Source: Ptychomitrium polyphyllum
Taxonomy: Eukaryota
Direction: 5' to 3'
Assembly (NCBI GenBank): GCA_973851085.1
Contig: OZ316775.1
Location: 744,001 to 808,000, forward strand
DNA length: 64,000 nucleotides
Of this stretch, positions 51,266 through 64,000 are shown piece by piece. The notes under the pieces were generated by a model. The model did no database searches. It had not been told where the DNA came from and saw only the letters and a program-made list of their open reading frames with translations. Position 1 is the first letter of the stretch, and each line of letters opens with the position of its first letter. A program made the translations under genes and the position numbers.

Positions 51266-54200
51266 ATGGCGGAGGGAGGCGGGGTGCAGATCAACCTGGA
51301 GCTCTACGGCAAGCGCCTGAAGCTGCTGAACAACAAATGGAAGGAGCACAGGAAGGAGATGTGGGGGGGCGCGGACGCCATCGCGGTGGTGACCCCGCCC
51401 GCGTCCGAGGACCTGCGGTACCTCAAGTCCACGGCATTGCACATCTGGCTGCTGGGGTACGAGTTCCCGGAGACGGTGATGGTGTTCATGCCGGGCGCCC
51501 TGCACTTCGTGTGCAGCTCGAAGAAGGCCGGGCACCTGGAGGAGCTGCAGAAGTCGTCGAAGATGCTGACGGGCGTGGACATCCACATCCACGTGAAGGA
51601 GCGCAAGCAGGACGGGAGCGCGCAGATGAATGCGGTCCTGGACGCGGTGAAGGGGGTGAGCAAGAGCAAGAGCCCCAGCGTCGGGGTTCTGTCGCGCGAG
51701 GCGATGGAGGGCCCGCTGATGGAGAAGTGGGCGGAGTGCCTGCAGGGGTCGGGGGCGGGCACCGTGGACGTGTCGAATGGGTTTGCGGAGATCTTCGCCG
51801 TGAAGGACGAGGTACGGGGGTTTTCCCTAGGGAACTGCACTGTGGTTTAGGTCAGAGCGGTCCGGGGGCACGGGTGGAGGACGGTCGGGTTGCACGACTT
51901 CGGAGTGCCATGCAGGCCCGTCGGGGTGCAATCCAGGTTTAGTGACGCAGGGGTGGCCGTGGAGAGATCGGCTGGGCTGCGCGCTCGTCCGATCGATTTC
52001 TGCCTGGTTTGAACTATGTGGCCATTTGACGGCGTGTGGGGTCGGGCGGCAGTGGAACCGGTGTGGTGTTGTGACGGCGTTGAGTGTGTGCAGGACTGAG
52101 CCGTGGTGAATGTGTGGCAGGAGGAGCTGTCGAACATCAGGAACGCGTCCCATCTGAGCGCGGCGGTGCTGAAGGGGTTCGTGGTGCCCAAGCTGGAGGT
52201 GATCATCGACGAGGAGAAGAAGGTGACGCACGCGGAGCTGATGGAGAACACGGAGAACGTGATCACGAACCCGGGGAAATACGTGAAGCTGAAGGCGGAG
52301 GACGTGGACATCTGCTACCCGCCGGTGTTCCAGAGCGGGGGGGTGTTCGACCTGAAGCCGAGCGCAGTGAGCAACGACGAGGCGCTGTATTACGATGCGC
52401 TGGGAGTGATCCTGTGCGCGATCGGCGCGCGGTTCCGGTCGTACTGCTCGAACGTGGCGCGGTCGATCATGATCGACGCGGACAAGACGCAGGAGAAGGC
52501 GTACAAGGTTCTGCTGAAAGCCCACGAGGCGGCCATAGGCGCCCTGCGGCCGGGCAATGCGATGGCGGTGGCGTACAAGGCGGCGTATGCGGTGGTGGAG
52601 TCGGGAGGGGCGGAGTTCCTGCCATACTTCACGAAGAATGCGGGGACGGGGATTGGGATCGAGTTCCGGGAGTCGGGCCTGACGCTGAACGGCAAGAACG
52701 ACCGGGTGATACGGGCGGGCATGGTGTTCAACGTGTCGCTGGGGTTCCACAACCTGTCGACGGAGTCTCGGAACCCGAAGTCGAAGACGTTCTCGCTGCT
52801 GCTGGCGGACACGGCGATCGTGGTGGAGAGGGGTCCGCCGGAGGTGCCGACGCTGAAGTGCTCGAAGACGTACACGGACATAGCGTACTCGTTTAAGGAC
52901 GAGGAGGAGGAGGAGGAGGAGGAGGTGAAGGTGGAGGCAAAGCCGAAGGTGAAGGCGGAGACGAACGGGTCGAGCGAGCCGGCAGTGCGCATGGCGACGC
53001 TGCGATCCGACAACCAAGAGATGACGAAGGAGGAGGTGAGCGTCTTGGATGTACCGCGATTGGGCCGGTGTAATCTCTGTGCGGAATGTGGGCGTCCTTG
53101 GAGGCCGGGGACGGTCCATCCACTTCGTTTGGAGGTCGCGTTGAGTGCACGTGCTTCTGGGTCGTCTGTGTCTGATTGGATTGTTCACCTGGCCTGGGCA
53201 GTCGGTCTCTCTTTTGCAGTCCCATGTTCTCCATGTTCTCGACCTCGGTGTGTTCAACGAGTGCTTGCGATGGGATGGATGGAAGGATGGGGGAGGGGTG
53301 TGGCTGCATCTCGTTTGAGCCCTGGAACTGTCCAGCACTGCATGTGCGTGGGAGTAGGTATTGCCACGGCAGCACAGTGTGCCCAGCAGCACGTGACCTG
53401 AGGAGCGATCATGTTTAGGAAGTGGAAGATGGATGGAGACACGTGTGATGTGTTGAGTCGGAGAGCAGACGGTGTGCTGATCACAGCTTCCGGGCGTTCC
53501 GCAGTAGGACATGTTTCTTTGTAGCGTCTTGTTTGCATACCGCACTGGGTGGAGCCTCGCCTGTTTGATGTGTGTTGAACGTGAGGAACGGTCGATCTGT
53601 GGAACAGGAACGACGGCGGCACCAGGCGGAACTAGCGAGGCAGAAGAACGAAGAGACGGCCAGGAGGCTGGCGTCCGGCGGGTTGGGGTCCGGAGACGGT
53701 CAGGGTCCGAACAAGACGACAGGAGACATCACAGCATACCGAAACGTGGACGACATTCCCAACCGAGAGCTGAAGATCCACGTAAGTGGAGGCAGTTTTC
53801 TTTGCGGTCTGTGGGATGGTCGTGGATGGCAGTGGGATGTGCATGTTGCGTGGGCGCCTGACGCGCTGTGGCGCATGTGTTGGTGACGCAGGTAGATCAG
53901 AAGAACGAGGCAGTTTTGCTGCCAATCTATGGTCTGATGGTGCCGTTCCACATAGCCACGGTGAAGAGCGTGTCGAGCCAACAAGATGGCGGGCACTCGT
54001 ACATCAGGATCATCTTCAACGTTCCAGGAGCAGGGTTCGGGCCGAGCGATGTACCGACTCAGAAGTTCCCGCGGTCGATATACGTGAAGGAGGTGTCGTT
54101 CCGGTCAAACGATACGCGGCATTCGTACCAGGTGGTGCAGCTGATAAAGACTCTCCGGCGACAAGTGGCGCAGCGGGAGTCAGAGCGTGCGGAGAGGGCG

Positions 54201-56665
54201 ACTCTTGTGACGCAGGAGCGGCTGCAGATTGGGAAGGGAAGGCCTATCAGGTGCGTCCGAGAGGGGATGTGGAAGGGGGCTTCTCGTTTTGTTTCAGCTG
54301 GGTCGGGCGCTGTGTGGAACCTCTTGAGCACGGGTGCGAGAGAAGGTGGGCGTGGGTCGGAGTGCGTCCCCTGGCAGGTGCTTGCTTTGGGCGGCGAGTG
54401 TCCCGATGTGGGGGTGGGAGCCCCTCGCCGGCCTTGGGTGTAGTGGGAAGGACTTGGGTGGAGGTGCATGCTGTGTGGCGGAGTGGAGTGAATCTGCAAC
54501 CCGCATCGTCGGATTGATGCTGGGTAGGCAATGACGGGATGTGGTCGTCACCGGCGCACGTGGTTGTGCGTGCGGGACGTTTGTTTCTCCGGAGTGCTGG
54601 GGTATGGCAGGGCCGGGCGGGAGGCGGGTGGTGTTCACTGGGGCAGTTACGGAGGAGTAGGGCGGGACTGGCCTGCGATGCAGGCGGGGTTTGGTACATT
54701 TTGGTTCTTGGGACTGATCGATGTGGTTTGTGTCAGGTTGTCCGACCTTTGGATCCGGCCAGCGTTTGGGGGTCGCGGGAGGAAGATGAGCGGCTCCCTG
54801 GAGGCACACACGAATGGTTTCCGATACTCCACCATGCGGCAGGAGGAGAAGGTCGATATCATGTACCGGAACATCAAGCACGCGTTCTTCCAGCCGGCGG
54901 AGAAGGAGATGATAACCCTGGTGCACTTCCACTTGCATAACTACATCATGGTGGGAACGAAGAAGACGAAGGACGTGCAGTTCTATGTGGAGGTACGTGC
55001 CTGATGTGGAGGGGTGGGTGGGTGAGGCGTTGGTGGCAGTTTGCTGGTGACATGTACGTGGGTGGTGTGTCGGGGAAGGGTGCAGAGAGGTGTGGAGTGG
55101 CACGTTTTTTTGTGTGTTTCGTCGCTTGGTCGCAGGAGACGGTCGGTTTGTGAGCCGGAGGTCCGCGTAGTGCCGGGTGGGTGCCGGTAGGAGTCGGTTG
55201 CAGCGAGGGGCAATTTGGAGACTGTGGGTGATGGTGGGGCGGTTGTGCGCGCAGGTGATGGAAGTGGTCCAGACGCTGGGGGGCAACAGGCGGTCGATGA
55301 TGGACCCCGACGAGATTGAGGAGGAGCAGCAGGAGAGGGACAGGCGTAACAAGATAAACAAGGAGTTTGAAGCGTTTGTGAGACGGATGGCTGAGCTGTG
55401 GGACCAACCGCCATGGCGGGAGCTGGACCTGGAGTTCGACATTCCTTTCAGGGAGTTGGGGTTCCACGGGGTGCCGAACAAGTCGTCGGCGTTCATCGTG
55501 CCGACGGTGAACTGCCTGGTGGAGCTGATAGAGACGCCGTTTCTGGTGGTGAGCCTGAACGACATCGAGATTGTGAACCTGGAGAGGGTGGGGCTGGGGC
55601 AGAAGGCGTTTGACATGGCGATAGTGTTCAAGGATTTCAAGCGGGAGGTGCTGCGGATCGACGCGATCCCGTCGACGTCGCTGGACGGGATCAAGGAGTG
55701 GCTGAACTCGATGAACATCAAGTACTACGAGAGCAGGATGAATCTGAACTGGCGGCCGATCCTGAAGACGATACTGGAGGTGAGTGGGCGGTGTTGTGTG
55801 ACGTGCATGCGTGCGTCGTTCTGGGGTCCGGACGGGTGTGGCCCACGGATGGGTTTGGCTTCCGTGGTGCGCCAGAGAACGGTGCGTGAGCACGGTGGAT
55901 GGGACTGTGGAAGTCACCGATGTGAGAACCTGACAGTTGACGTGCATCCGAACAGGTGCACGTCCGGGTGATGTGACGGGCAGGCTTGGTCGCATGGATG
56001 GATGTGGTGGGTTTCGTGGTGTTGCAGGCTGCGATTGTTTGGTGTGTCTGGCGGGGTTGGTAAGTAGTGGGTGCCGAGCTGACGTGGTGGTGGTGCATGA
56101 GGGCAGGACCCCGACAAGTTCATCGAGGACGGTGGGTGGGAGTTCCTGAACATGGAGGCGAGCGATTCGGACTCGGAGAAGTCAGAAGAGTCGGACGAAG
56201 GTTACGAGCCGTCAGACGTGGAGGTGGTTTCCGAGTCGGAGGACGACGACTCGGACGACGAGTCGGTGGTGGAGTCGGATGACGACGAGGTACGTCTCCA
56301 TAGCAGGACGTGGTCGGGACGGTTGCCTGCGTGCAGGTGGCTGAAAGTATCACTGGGATTGTGCGTTGGTCGGGGGATGGTGGGGGTGGTGTTTGTGCGA
56401 GGAGGAAGGGGCCGTGGGAAAGTGCTAACGACGGAGTTGTGAGTTGTTGTAGGAGGAGGAGGCAGAGGACAGCGAGGAGGAAGAGGGTCTGACATGGGAC
56501 CAGCTGGAAGAGAAGGCGAAGAGGGAGGACAAGATGAACGGAGACGAAGAGGACAGCGAGGACGAGCGGCATCGGAATCGGAAGAAGGCCGCAGGAAAGG
56601 GCAGGATGGCGGATCCTCGGGATGCGAAGCGGGGCATGCCGAGCAAGAGGCCGAAGGTCAGGTGA
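51266..56665 (+). CDS. SPT16: FACT complex subunit SPT16, 1056 aa; exons 51266-51811, 52121-53035, 53608-53781, 53892-54250, 54737-54992, 55255-55779, 56107-56289, 56453-56665
   Basis: Seven GT-AG introns join to a 3171-nt open frame covering the N-lobe, peptidase-like, dimerisation, middle/Rtt106-like and acidic C-terminal regions. Confidence 0.95.
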
Positions 56666-58934
56666 CTGTCTGGTAGAGTGGACGTTGAGCATGCGGCACA
56701 GACGCCTCCGACGTGGAATCCCCACGCCTTGATCGGCGGTCTTGGGTCGAGTTTTGAGAGATCTGAGGCGGTGAGGGACCGGTAGGGTCGGTAGGTGGAG
56801 TATTTTTACACGGAAGCGCAGGGGGAGAGCGTGGGCAGTTGGCGCGTGCACATCCGGGCGGCCCTGGTTGAAGTGGTGGTTTGAGGGCGGGGTTGGGGTG
56901 TGAGGGCGCGGCGCGAGCGCGCGAGAGAGTCCGGGCTGGAGGATTATTCCCCCGGGGAGCGGTCGAAATTGGTTTGGAAATGCGATGAGTTCCGGTAGTG
57001 TCTGGATGAGGAGTAGAGGTTTGCTATGATAGTGTACAAAGAATTTCAGAGAGAGGATGTTACCTCTCATTTGACTGTCCATGGGGCTACGCTTCTGTGC
57101 TGCTCGTGTCTGGAGTGGCTTTGGAGGTCCCATGGTCTGTATACTGGACCCGTCTATATAGTGGAAGGCAGTAGTGTTGGGCTATACGCCGTTTGGCCAG
57201 GAGAATGGATCGTGTGCTATCTTTCCGCTCGGATGCAAGGGGGTCACATTTGACTATTACATATTCGAGCGGCGTTTTGTTATTCGCCTTTTCTCGTGTT
57301 GTGTTGTGGCTATGTTTGGAGATGCAGTTTTCGTAGCCTTGTGGTTTGCGTTGGGTTTTCCATAGCGATGTGGATTGCATGCGTGTTGGATAGAGTTTGG
57401 GCTCGGTGGGGATATGTGCACTTGTATCCTTGAGGGTATCTTCGTTGGCCGGTTGGTTGTCGGGTTGAGGTTACGATGTAGCGGTGAATTTGGGCTGGGC
57501 TCACTGTCACCTGGTCTTGCCGGGTGCCTTTGGTCGTTTGTGCACCTGTGTTTTTGGACGACTGAGGGTTGGGATGGCCGTGCTTGTGATGATGTTCTGG
57601 ACCGTTGAGAGTTCCGTTTGGGTGCTCTTTTGGATCTCGTTAGTTGTTGGTCCATGTTTCGGGTGACGAGAGCCTTGACCCGGGACCGATCTTCGAATTT
57701 GCCGGTGTCTACATTACTACTCGTGATGTCCTTTGCGTTGAACGAGTGTCTCCATCCGTTTACTTGTGTCGGGTATTTCCAACATGGTAAATGGTGTTCT
57801 TCTGTCACCGGCCAGAAATATGCAGACTGTGAGGGTATGTGAGAAGAAAGAGGCATCTTTCCATGTTTAGGTCCTCTCTGGAACAGAACTGCAATAAGCC
57901 AAGGCACCACTGCGGCCAGAGCTTCCGTAGGACGCAGCGGATGCAGACAGAGTAGATGTGAGGGCCACGAAGAAGGTGGTGTCCGAAGGTGATTCTGCGA
58001 AGCCGAAAGCTCGAACCTCGAGGTGGCGGTCGCGGTCTTGGCTCAGGCATGGCAAACCCGGCTTGATCCTGCAGGCAATAACATCAATCTCAAAGGCACT
58101 GCAGTGCTGGTGGACGGCGTGGCGTAGGAGTCTGACAGGCGCGATGCCCGAAGATGTGAGCGGTCAGATGCCACCCGACTCGGACGATGATCTACTTGCC
58201 ATCGTTGAATCACCCTGCTCACTCTCAATGCTCACTGACTCTACGTATCGCGGGTGGCCGGACCGAGGAAAAGGACCGTTGGGGGGGCAAGGAAGGCCGG
58301 GAGTCCGGGCGATGGGACTTCGCTCAAACGACCGTTGCCATGGATGCCCAGGGGCAGCACCCACATGAGCCTCCCTCGCTCCCCATGCAGGCATACCCAC
58401 CTCCCACAGCCGTCGCCGTCACCACTGTCGCTGCTCGCTCCTTGTCGCCCCTGCTCCTCTCCTGCCTCACTTAGCTGTGCCATCTCGTCTCAGCCCCGGT
58501 CCGGTGGTCCGTGCCAGTTCCAGCTCTCTGGACGCGCACGACGTCCTGCGCAGCTCCTGGGAGAGACGGACATATGGTTTCATCCGTGTAGGTGGAGTGT
58601 GGGCGACGGAGCGCTTTGTGGTGCATTCTGGGGGGTGTGAGAGGTGTTTGGATCGCGGCTGTGGCGGGGTGGCGATTGGTGCGTGGGACATTGGTGCGGG
58701 TGGGTGGAATTGCAAAGTGCGCGGGCATCCGAGTGGAGATCGTGTGGTGGTGAATAGAGTGGTACGCCCGTTCAGCTGTCTGTGTTGCTGAGTGGTGTGT
58801 CGGTGAGTTGGGCTGTCCGAGTCAGGTGCTTGGTGGAGTAGCTCTGGGATAAGTGGGTGCGGAAGCCGCAGAGTCGAAAGCGCTGAAGGTGTCGCAAGTG
58901 CACGCTCCGCGTGTCCGGTGCAATCCGTGCAGCC

Positions 58935-59366
58935 ATGGCGGTGACGAAGGTACAGCACGTGACAAGAGCGGCGTCGGAGGGGTTGAACGCCAAGTTCTCG
59001 GACCTGTGCGATCCGCACGACCTGTCGGGCGTGCGCAGTTCGAAGAGGAGCATCTCGAAGCTGAGTGCGAAGTCGAGAGCCTCGAGCAAGGCGATGCGGC
59101 AGCTGCGGAGCCAAGAGAGGGGAGTGTCGGCGTCGTCGTGTGCGGACGACGATGCGTTTCTGATGTCGTTCATACCCCTGAACACGGCGCCGGCTCTGTT
59201 CAACGTGCGGCGGAGCTTCAGTGCGTCGAGGAGGAGGAGTGAGTCGCCGGCGCTGCATCTGGCTTGCAGCTCTCCACGGAAGGCGGGACACGGGGTGACG
59301 AAGAGGCTTCTGAGGTTGTGCATGGGCTCCAGCGCGAACAAGTACACTCCGCTGACAGTCGCTTGA
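58935..59366 (+). CDS. Uncharacterised 143-aa basic Ser/Arg-rich protein, right copy
   Basis: Identical translation to 31143-31574; GCCATGG start. Confidence 0.5.
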   Translation: MAVTKVQHVTRAASEGLNAKFSDLCDPHDLSGVRSSKRSISKLSAKSRASSKAMRQLRSQERGVSASSCADDDAFLMSFIPLNTAPALFNVRRSFSASRRRSESPALHLACSSPRKAGHGVTKRLLRLCMGSSANKYTPLTVA

Positions 59367-61799
59367 GATTTCATGACATTCTGGCCGCACGGATGAGTGC
59401 ATGCGAAGTGGTGATGTGTTTTTATGGCTGTGTGTTGTGCGCGAGAAGAATTCGTTGCTGGTTCAGCACCGTTGGTCTGCAGGAGGTTAGGGTGCGCACT
59501 CTCGGAACGTTCTCTGTTGGTCGGCGAAGCATTTCCACACGGATTCTATGCGTGCCGGCGAGGGCAATCGAATCTTGGGCTCGTCCTGAGAGCGCGAATG
59601 CTGTCGATGGCTAGACTGGGTGGAAGTGTACCCGTGAAGTTGCCCGTGGTGTAGTTCGGCACCACCAGTTTTTCTTAGAGCCCATTTTGCAGCCTCATCG
59701 ACTCTTCGTGATGTTAGCTACGTAGGGTCGGATCCGCCCCAGATCTAAGGAAGTGTAGCTCACGTGAAGCTTGATCATGTGGAGACGATGTGCGGAGTGT
59801 CGTGCGTCGCTTTTCCAGAGAGCCGAAGCTCTCCAGCAGAACTGCCAGCAGACGACTACGAGCTATCAGCATGTAAGTGACGCATTTCTGGACGTGCGTT
59901 GATACCTCGATACCAACGCTCGTGTGAACATTCTTGTTTCACATCCACGAGCTTACCCCGATCTCAGATAGAATAAGCATGTCTCTGTAGGCAGGCTCGA
60001 TTGGCGTCTCGTGTCCCCTCATCCCTTGGTACTGTATATCTGCGATTGATGCTGTGACAAAATCTCGTGTGGTGTTCCTCCTTCGCGGCTCGATCGGAGA
60101 TTTCCTCGTGTTCTCAAAACTGTCCTTTACCTCGCGCTTGGTGTTCAGCACCTCGACTTGACACAGCTGTACCTTGAGAAGAGTTGTATATGGATATCCT
60201 GCGAAACGAGAGTCCCGAGCTAGCGAGAGCGCCCACGCGGCTCTTGAACTCCGCTCTGTTGTGGACACAGCAAGTGGTGTACTATCCTTCACAATACACC
60301 CACCTCCTGCATCCGAACAAGTCTTTATCACAATGGAGGTGTTGTTGCCTCCAAACCGAACTCCCGACCCCAACTTCCACGTTCGGGGCTTAGCGGAGCA
60401 TGCGACAAAACCGACCCTCAGATGCATCATCCGACAGTTGGCGCCGTCCGAGAACGCGAAGGTTCGAAGGGTCACACTTTGCTCTAGAGCTGTTGCGGAG
60501 CATTTGGTTTCCTCGCTTCGTTTCGCCGAGGCTCCGTCGCCAGCGAACAGGTTCGCCACGCTCAGCTTGGGCCCCTGCGAGGAGACCGACCTTGCGGACT
60601 CGGCGGCCAGGATTGGCGTTGGATTCGTCTACATCGGAAACAGCGACACCCATCCCCTACGATATGGTGCACGATGCCAAGGGAAAGCATTGAGGAATTC
60701 TAAGAGGTTTCTCTGTGTCTGCCCAACTGCAAATTCTGTCCGGAAGTGGTGGAACTTTCAGATAATTGGCTAGGGGTCAAATCGCTGGGAGCCTTCCGTG
60801 TCGAGTGTAAGGTCTGCCGGTGTGATGGGAGTGTAGTCCTCCAATTTTCGAAATTGTGAATTGTGTGTTTTGAAATGCATGAACCCGAGATTCAATCTTC
60901 ATGTGGCAGTGCGTCAGGATATTCCTATATCCTTGGAGTTGTTTGAGAGGTGCAACGTGTTTGAAGAGTTAGAGTGGATGAGGTATGGCTACTCGGCATC
61001 TGTGAACAAGTCTCGTCAGAGAGAACGTGGTGCGTAGAGTTTGTGAAGCCTTGATACTCACCATTTGTACTTTTGAAATGGACATGTCCAACTAAATGCA
61101 GAGCGGTTTTGGCGGTAATATTCTGTAACGGCGTAGGATTTATAGTGACGGCCTCGTCATTCACGATGAGGATTTGGCAAAGTCATCGCATAGAAGTCAC
61201 CTGGCATTCAGAGTGTGTACTTCTGGTAATCACGAAGGATTTGCTTGATGACACGAGTGGGTCAGCTGCTGTTTGAGATCTGACATCGTCACCTCATCGA
61301 GCCCATGTCTGTGAAGTTACAGGCAAGCATGTCGATCTCCCTATGTCACATCGACAGCTCCGTTAGGTGGTTTTTATGAATCAAGCACAGGTCAGAGAAG
61401 CAGAATTGTCATCGGACTGGGAAACGATACGGCTACACCTTCGGATATCTGGAACGCGATCGTTGAAAGCATTTCAGAATGCACAACTGTGGGTACGGTA
61501 TTGCAGTAGCATTGTATCACGTGGGAGTGCTGTAAACGCCAAACGCAAGTGATCGGTAATAGTCTAAGCCTTTCTGAACACAAGATTGCAGACAGACTCT
61601 TGGTCGCCCCAATAGAGACGGAGTGGAATGGTAACTGTTTCTTGAAGGCGCGAGAAGGCATCTTTGTCCACACTGCACCTGTGAATACTCCATGTCGCAG
61701 CTCATTCCGCCAAGAAAACCTGCTCTGAATCTCCATCGGGAAAAGCTCTCCAAAATTACAGGGGAGGTGATCTTCTAGTCGCAACTGCATCACGGACCT

Positions 61800-64000
61800 A
61801 GCTACCGAGCTTGACCAAATGACCCATATCAATCCTCTGAACGGTTTCTGTGCCGACCATCGTGCTGCATCATACTACAGCTACTACGAGGGCTGTGCAC
61901 ACGCAGGCCGCCGTGCCTCAAATGGTTTCACTGGAAAAGAGGCTCACAGTCCGATTACTAGTCAGTCTCTTACAGAATCTCCCGGAGCGTGAGTAGCCTG
62001 ATCGCAAAGCACTCGTTAGCACTGGTTTCAAACACTCAACGCACTCAACTACACTCTTACTGCATAAATGCACAGGCAAGTAAGAGGAGGCTTCAGTATG
62101 CAATGACATTTCTCCGTTTGTGGTCACTAAAATTCGAAAAATACGCACCGGCGAAAGCACTTGCACATCGTATGCTGATTGCTCAGAAACACCAGCGTGT
62201 GAGTTCACTTCGGGAGAGAGGTGCCAGGCTCTGCAACGAGGAGATGAGGGCAGCACTCGAACGGAGGTCCTGGAGCAGCAGCCCTCTCCGTGTTGCATTG
62301 TCAGATATGCGTCCGACGTGGGTGCTGGACGTGGCTGACAAGCTCCGAGTGCCGCGCAACACTTTGTGCACCGTGCCTGCCTGGGACCTCGCCTTCACCC
62401 TCACGGTAAGACAAATGGACCACTTGCATCGCTCCGCAACCTCGACCTGCACGCTGGAATGACTCGATTGTTTCACGTTACCTTCGCAGTTCCGACGGGT
62501 TTCGAAGGTGTCTGGACAGAATCAGGATATGATGCAATTCTTTTGGTCTCGGTGGTGAGAGGATTGGGAAACTAGACATCTCGGATCCTGCACCTCACTC
62601 CAATGCTTCGCGAATTATTTTTCATGTCTAGCGAGTATCTTTGTACACGGGATCGTTTCCAGCTGAAGAGAAATCAGATCCACAATTACTTCTGCAGTTT
62701 GGTGCTTGCAGGTACCGGAACTCTCTTGGGAGAAAGGAGCTGCCCTCCAACGGACTGGGAGTTTTGTGGTGCCTTACATGGATTCAGATTCTTATTGCAG
62801 ATTTCAGAGATTTTGCCAACTCTGCTTTCAAACGTTCCAAGGATGCAGAGACATGGGTCCAACTCAACCGACAGGATCAAATGTCTGAGGTGGGAAATTG
62901 GTCGGACACTCAAGCCTCTGCGTCGGTCATTTGCGTTTCCTCCGGCAGTCTTGCACCAGTCCCCGAGAAGGACATTGAAGATCTTGCTCTTGAAGTCGCC
63001 AACTATCCATTTGTGTGCATGTATCGGCCGCCCGAAATCCCACGGGAGAGCAATCAAACTAACTCTCATTCCGCCACACACGAAGACGGCCTTGAAGAGT
63101 GTTTCCCTGTAGGTGAGAATTCCATTCCTCCGGCATCGTTCATGTACTCTCGGAACATAGATCTTGACAAATTCGTCACATAGTGAGAATGGTCAGACTG
63201 CAATTGTCCATGTCTAGGAGGACGAAGATCGCTCCATGGCAGTAGTCCGGAAGACGGTACACACTTTAGGATATTTGTTTCGTTTCGTGTCTTGATCACT
63301 GAACAACGCTGAAGTACACGGTGGCGGCATGAGGTTGCGAGATCTTATTAGGCGCAGGATGGTCCGACATCCCTTATCGAGGTGCAGGATTTCAAGGCCG
63401 ACTTAGCGGGCGTGCCATGCTGATCAACAGCTGGACTCATCGACCGCGAATCCTTACATCGCGCCGTCGGAGCATCCGTGACTCACCGTGGATGGAGTTC
63501 TACTATGGAATCTGTGTGTGCGGGGCTTCCGATGCTATTGACCATTTGGGGCGAATCAAATATTGAATGCAAGGTTTGCACCCTACTCAGCCCACATGCC
63601 AATTCATAGAGGCTAGAACACCAACCTAAGCCATGAACTAGGCAATGAACTGCAGGTCGTGACGATAGCGCAACGGATTCCTTGATCTCTCCGTCTGCTC
63701 AATGTCATACTTGGTACAATCAGACACGCCGTTGATCTTCCACAGGGTGACAGTCCCTTGCCTTGGTTAGGTTGTGTAACCCCCCCACAGGTTCATCGCC
63801 GATACTGCTCGAGTGGGGCTGAGGGTCCACAGAAACGAAGATGGCGCGGTTAACCAGAACGAGATCGAAAAGACGTCGAAGCAGATGATGAAAGGTGAAG
63901 AAGGAAAGGCAGCCAGATCAAGAGCACTCAAATTTCAAACTTGAAGCGCAGAAGAATGTCACTGATAATGGGGGCGTCAAGGATCGACTTGGACAAATTC
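61800..64000 (+). pseudogene. UDP-glycosyltransferase pseudogene, right-arm copy (truncated by the window edge)
   Basis: Same fragments and lesions as the left copy; PSPG box at about 63432-63573 with TGA at 63539-63541 and frameshifts. Confidence 0.8.

Larger units (their letters stand above)
50821..64000. repeat. Right arm of giant inverted repeat (runs off the window)
   Basis: CGGGCGAAAT at 50821 is the reverse complement of 39679-39688; the last 10 nt GGACAAATTC are the reverse complement of 26509-26518. Confidence 0.97.

Noticed and set aside
57958..58368. 136-aa ORF between SPT16 and the small gene (mirror 32141-32551)
   Set aside because: GTG start with in-frame stops just upstream and no recognised homology; possibly a pseudogene fragment.

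Overview
Eukaryotic nuclear DNA from a non-seed land plant. A moss such as Physcomitrium is inferred from the gene and transposon content, not proven. (1) 1-23.3 kb is AT-rich decayed transposon sequence. A three-LTR Tcn1-like chromovirus composite (7061-20294) carries four nested solo LTRs and is itself inserted in an older PHD-finger Ty3/gypsy remnant; a LINE RT remnant follows, split by a fifth solo LTR. (2) 24366-25718 is an intact four-exon Ure2p/Nu-class (TPN-motif) glutathione S-transferase. (3) A giant inverted repeat fills most of the rest. The arms 26509-39688 and 50821-64000 (at least 13,180 bp each, running off the window) map as p <-> 90509-p with no net indel and identical ORF translations. 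Each arm holds an 8-exon FACT subunit SPT16 gene (1056 aa; the copies are head-to-head), a small uncharacterised gene and a frameshifted UDP-glycosyltransferase pseudogene. (4) The 11.1-kb AT-rich spacer holds a nuclear petN gene (normally plastid-encoded in land plants) with a bipartite twin-arginine-type presequence, and a decayed MULE transposase. The best candidates for new biology are the GC-enriched, apparently homogenised palindrome (an assembly artefact must be excluded) and the nuclear petN.
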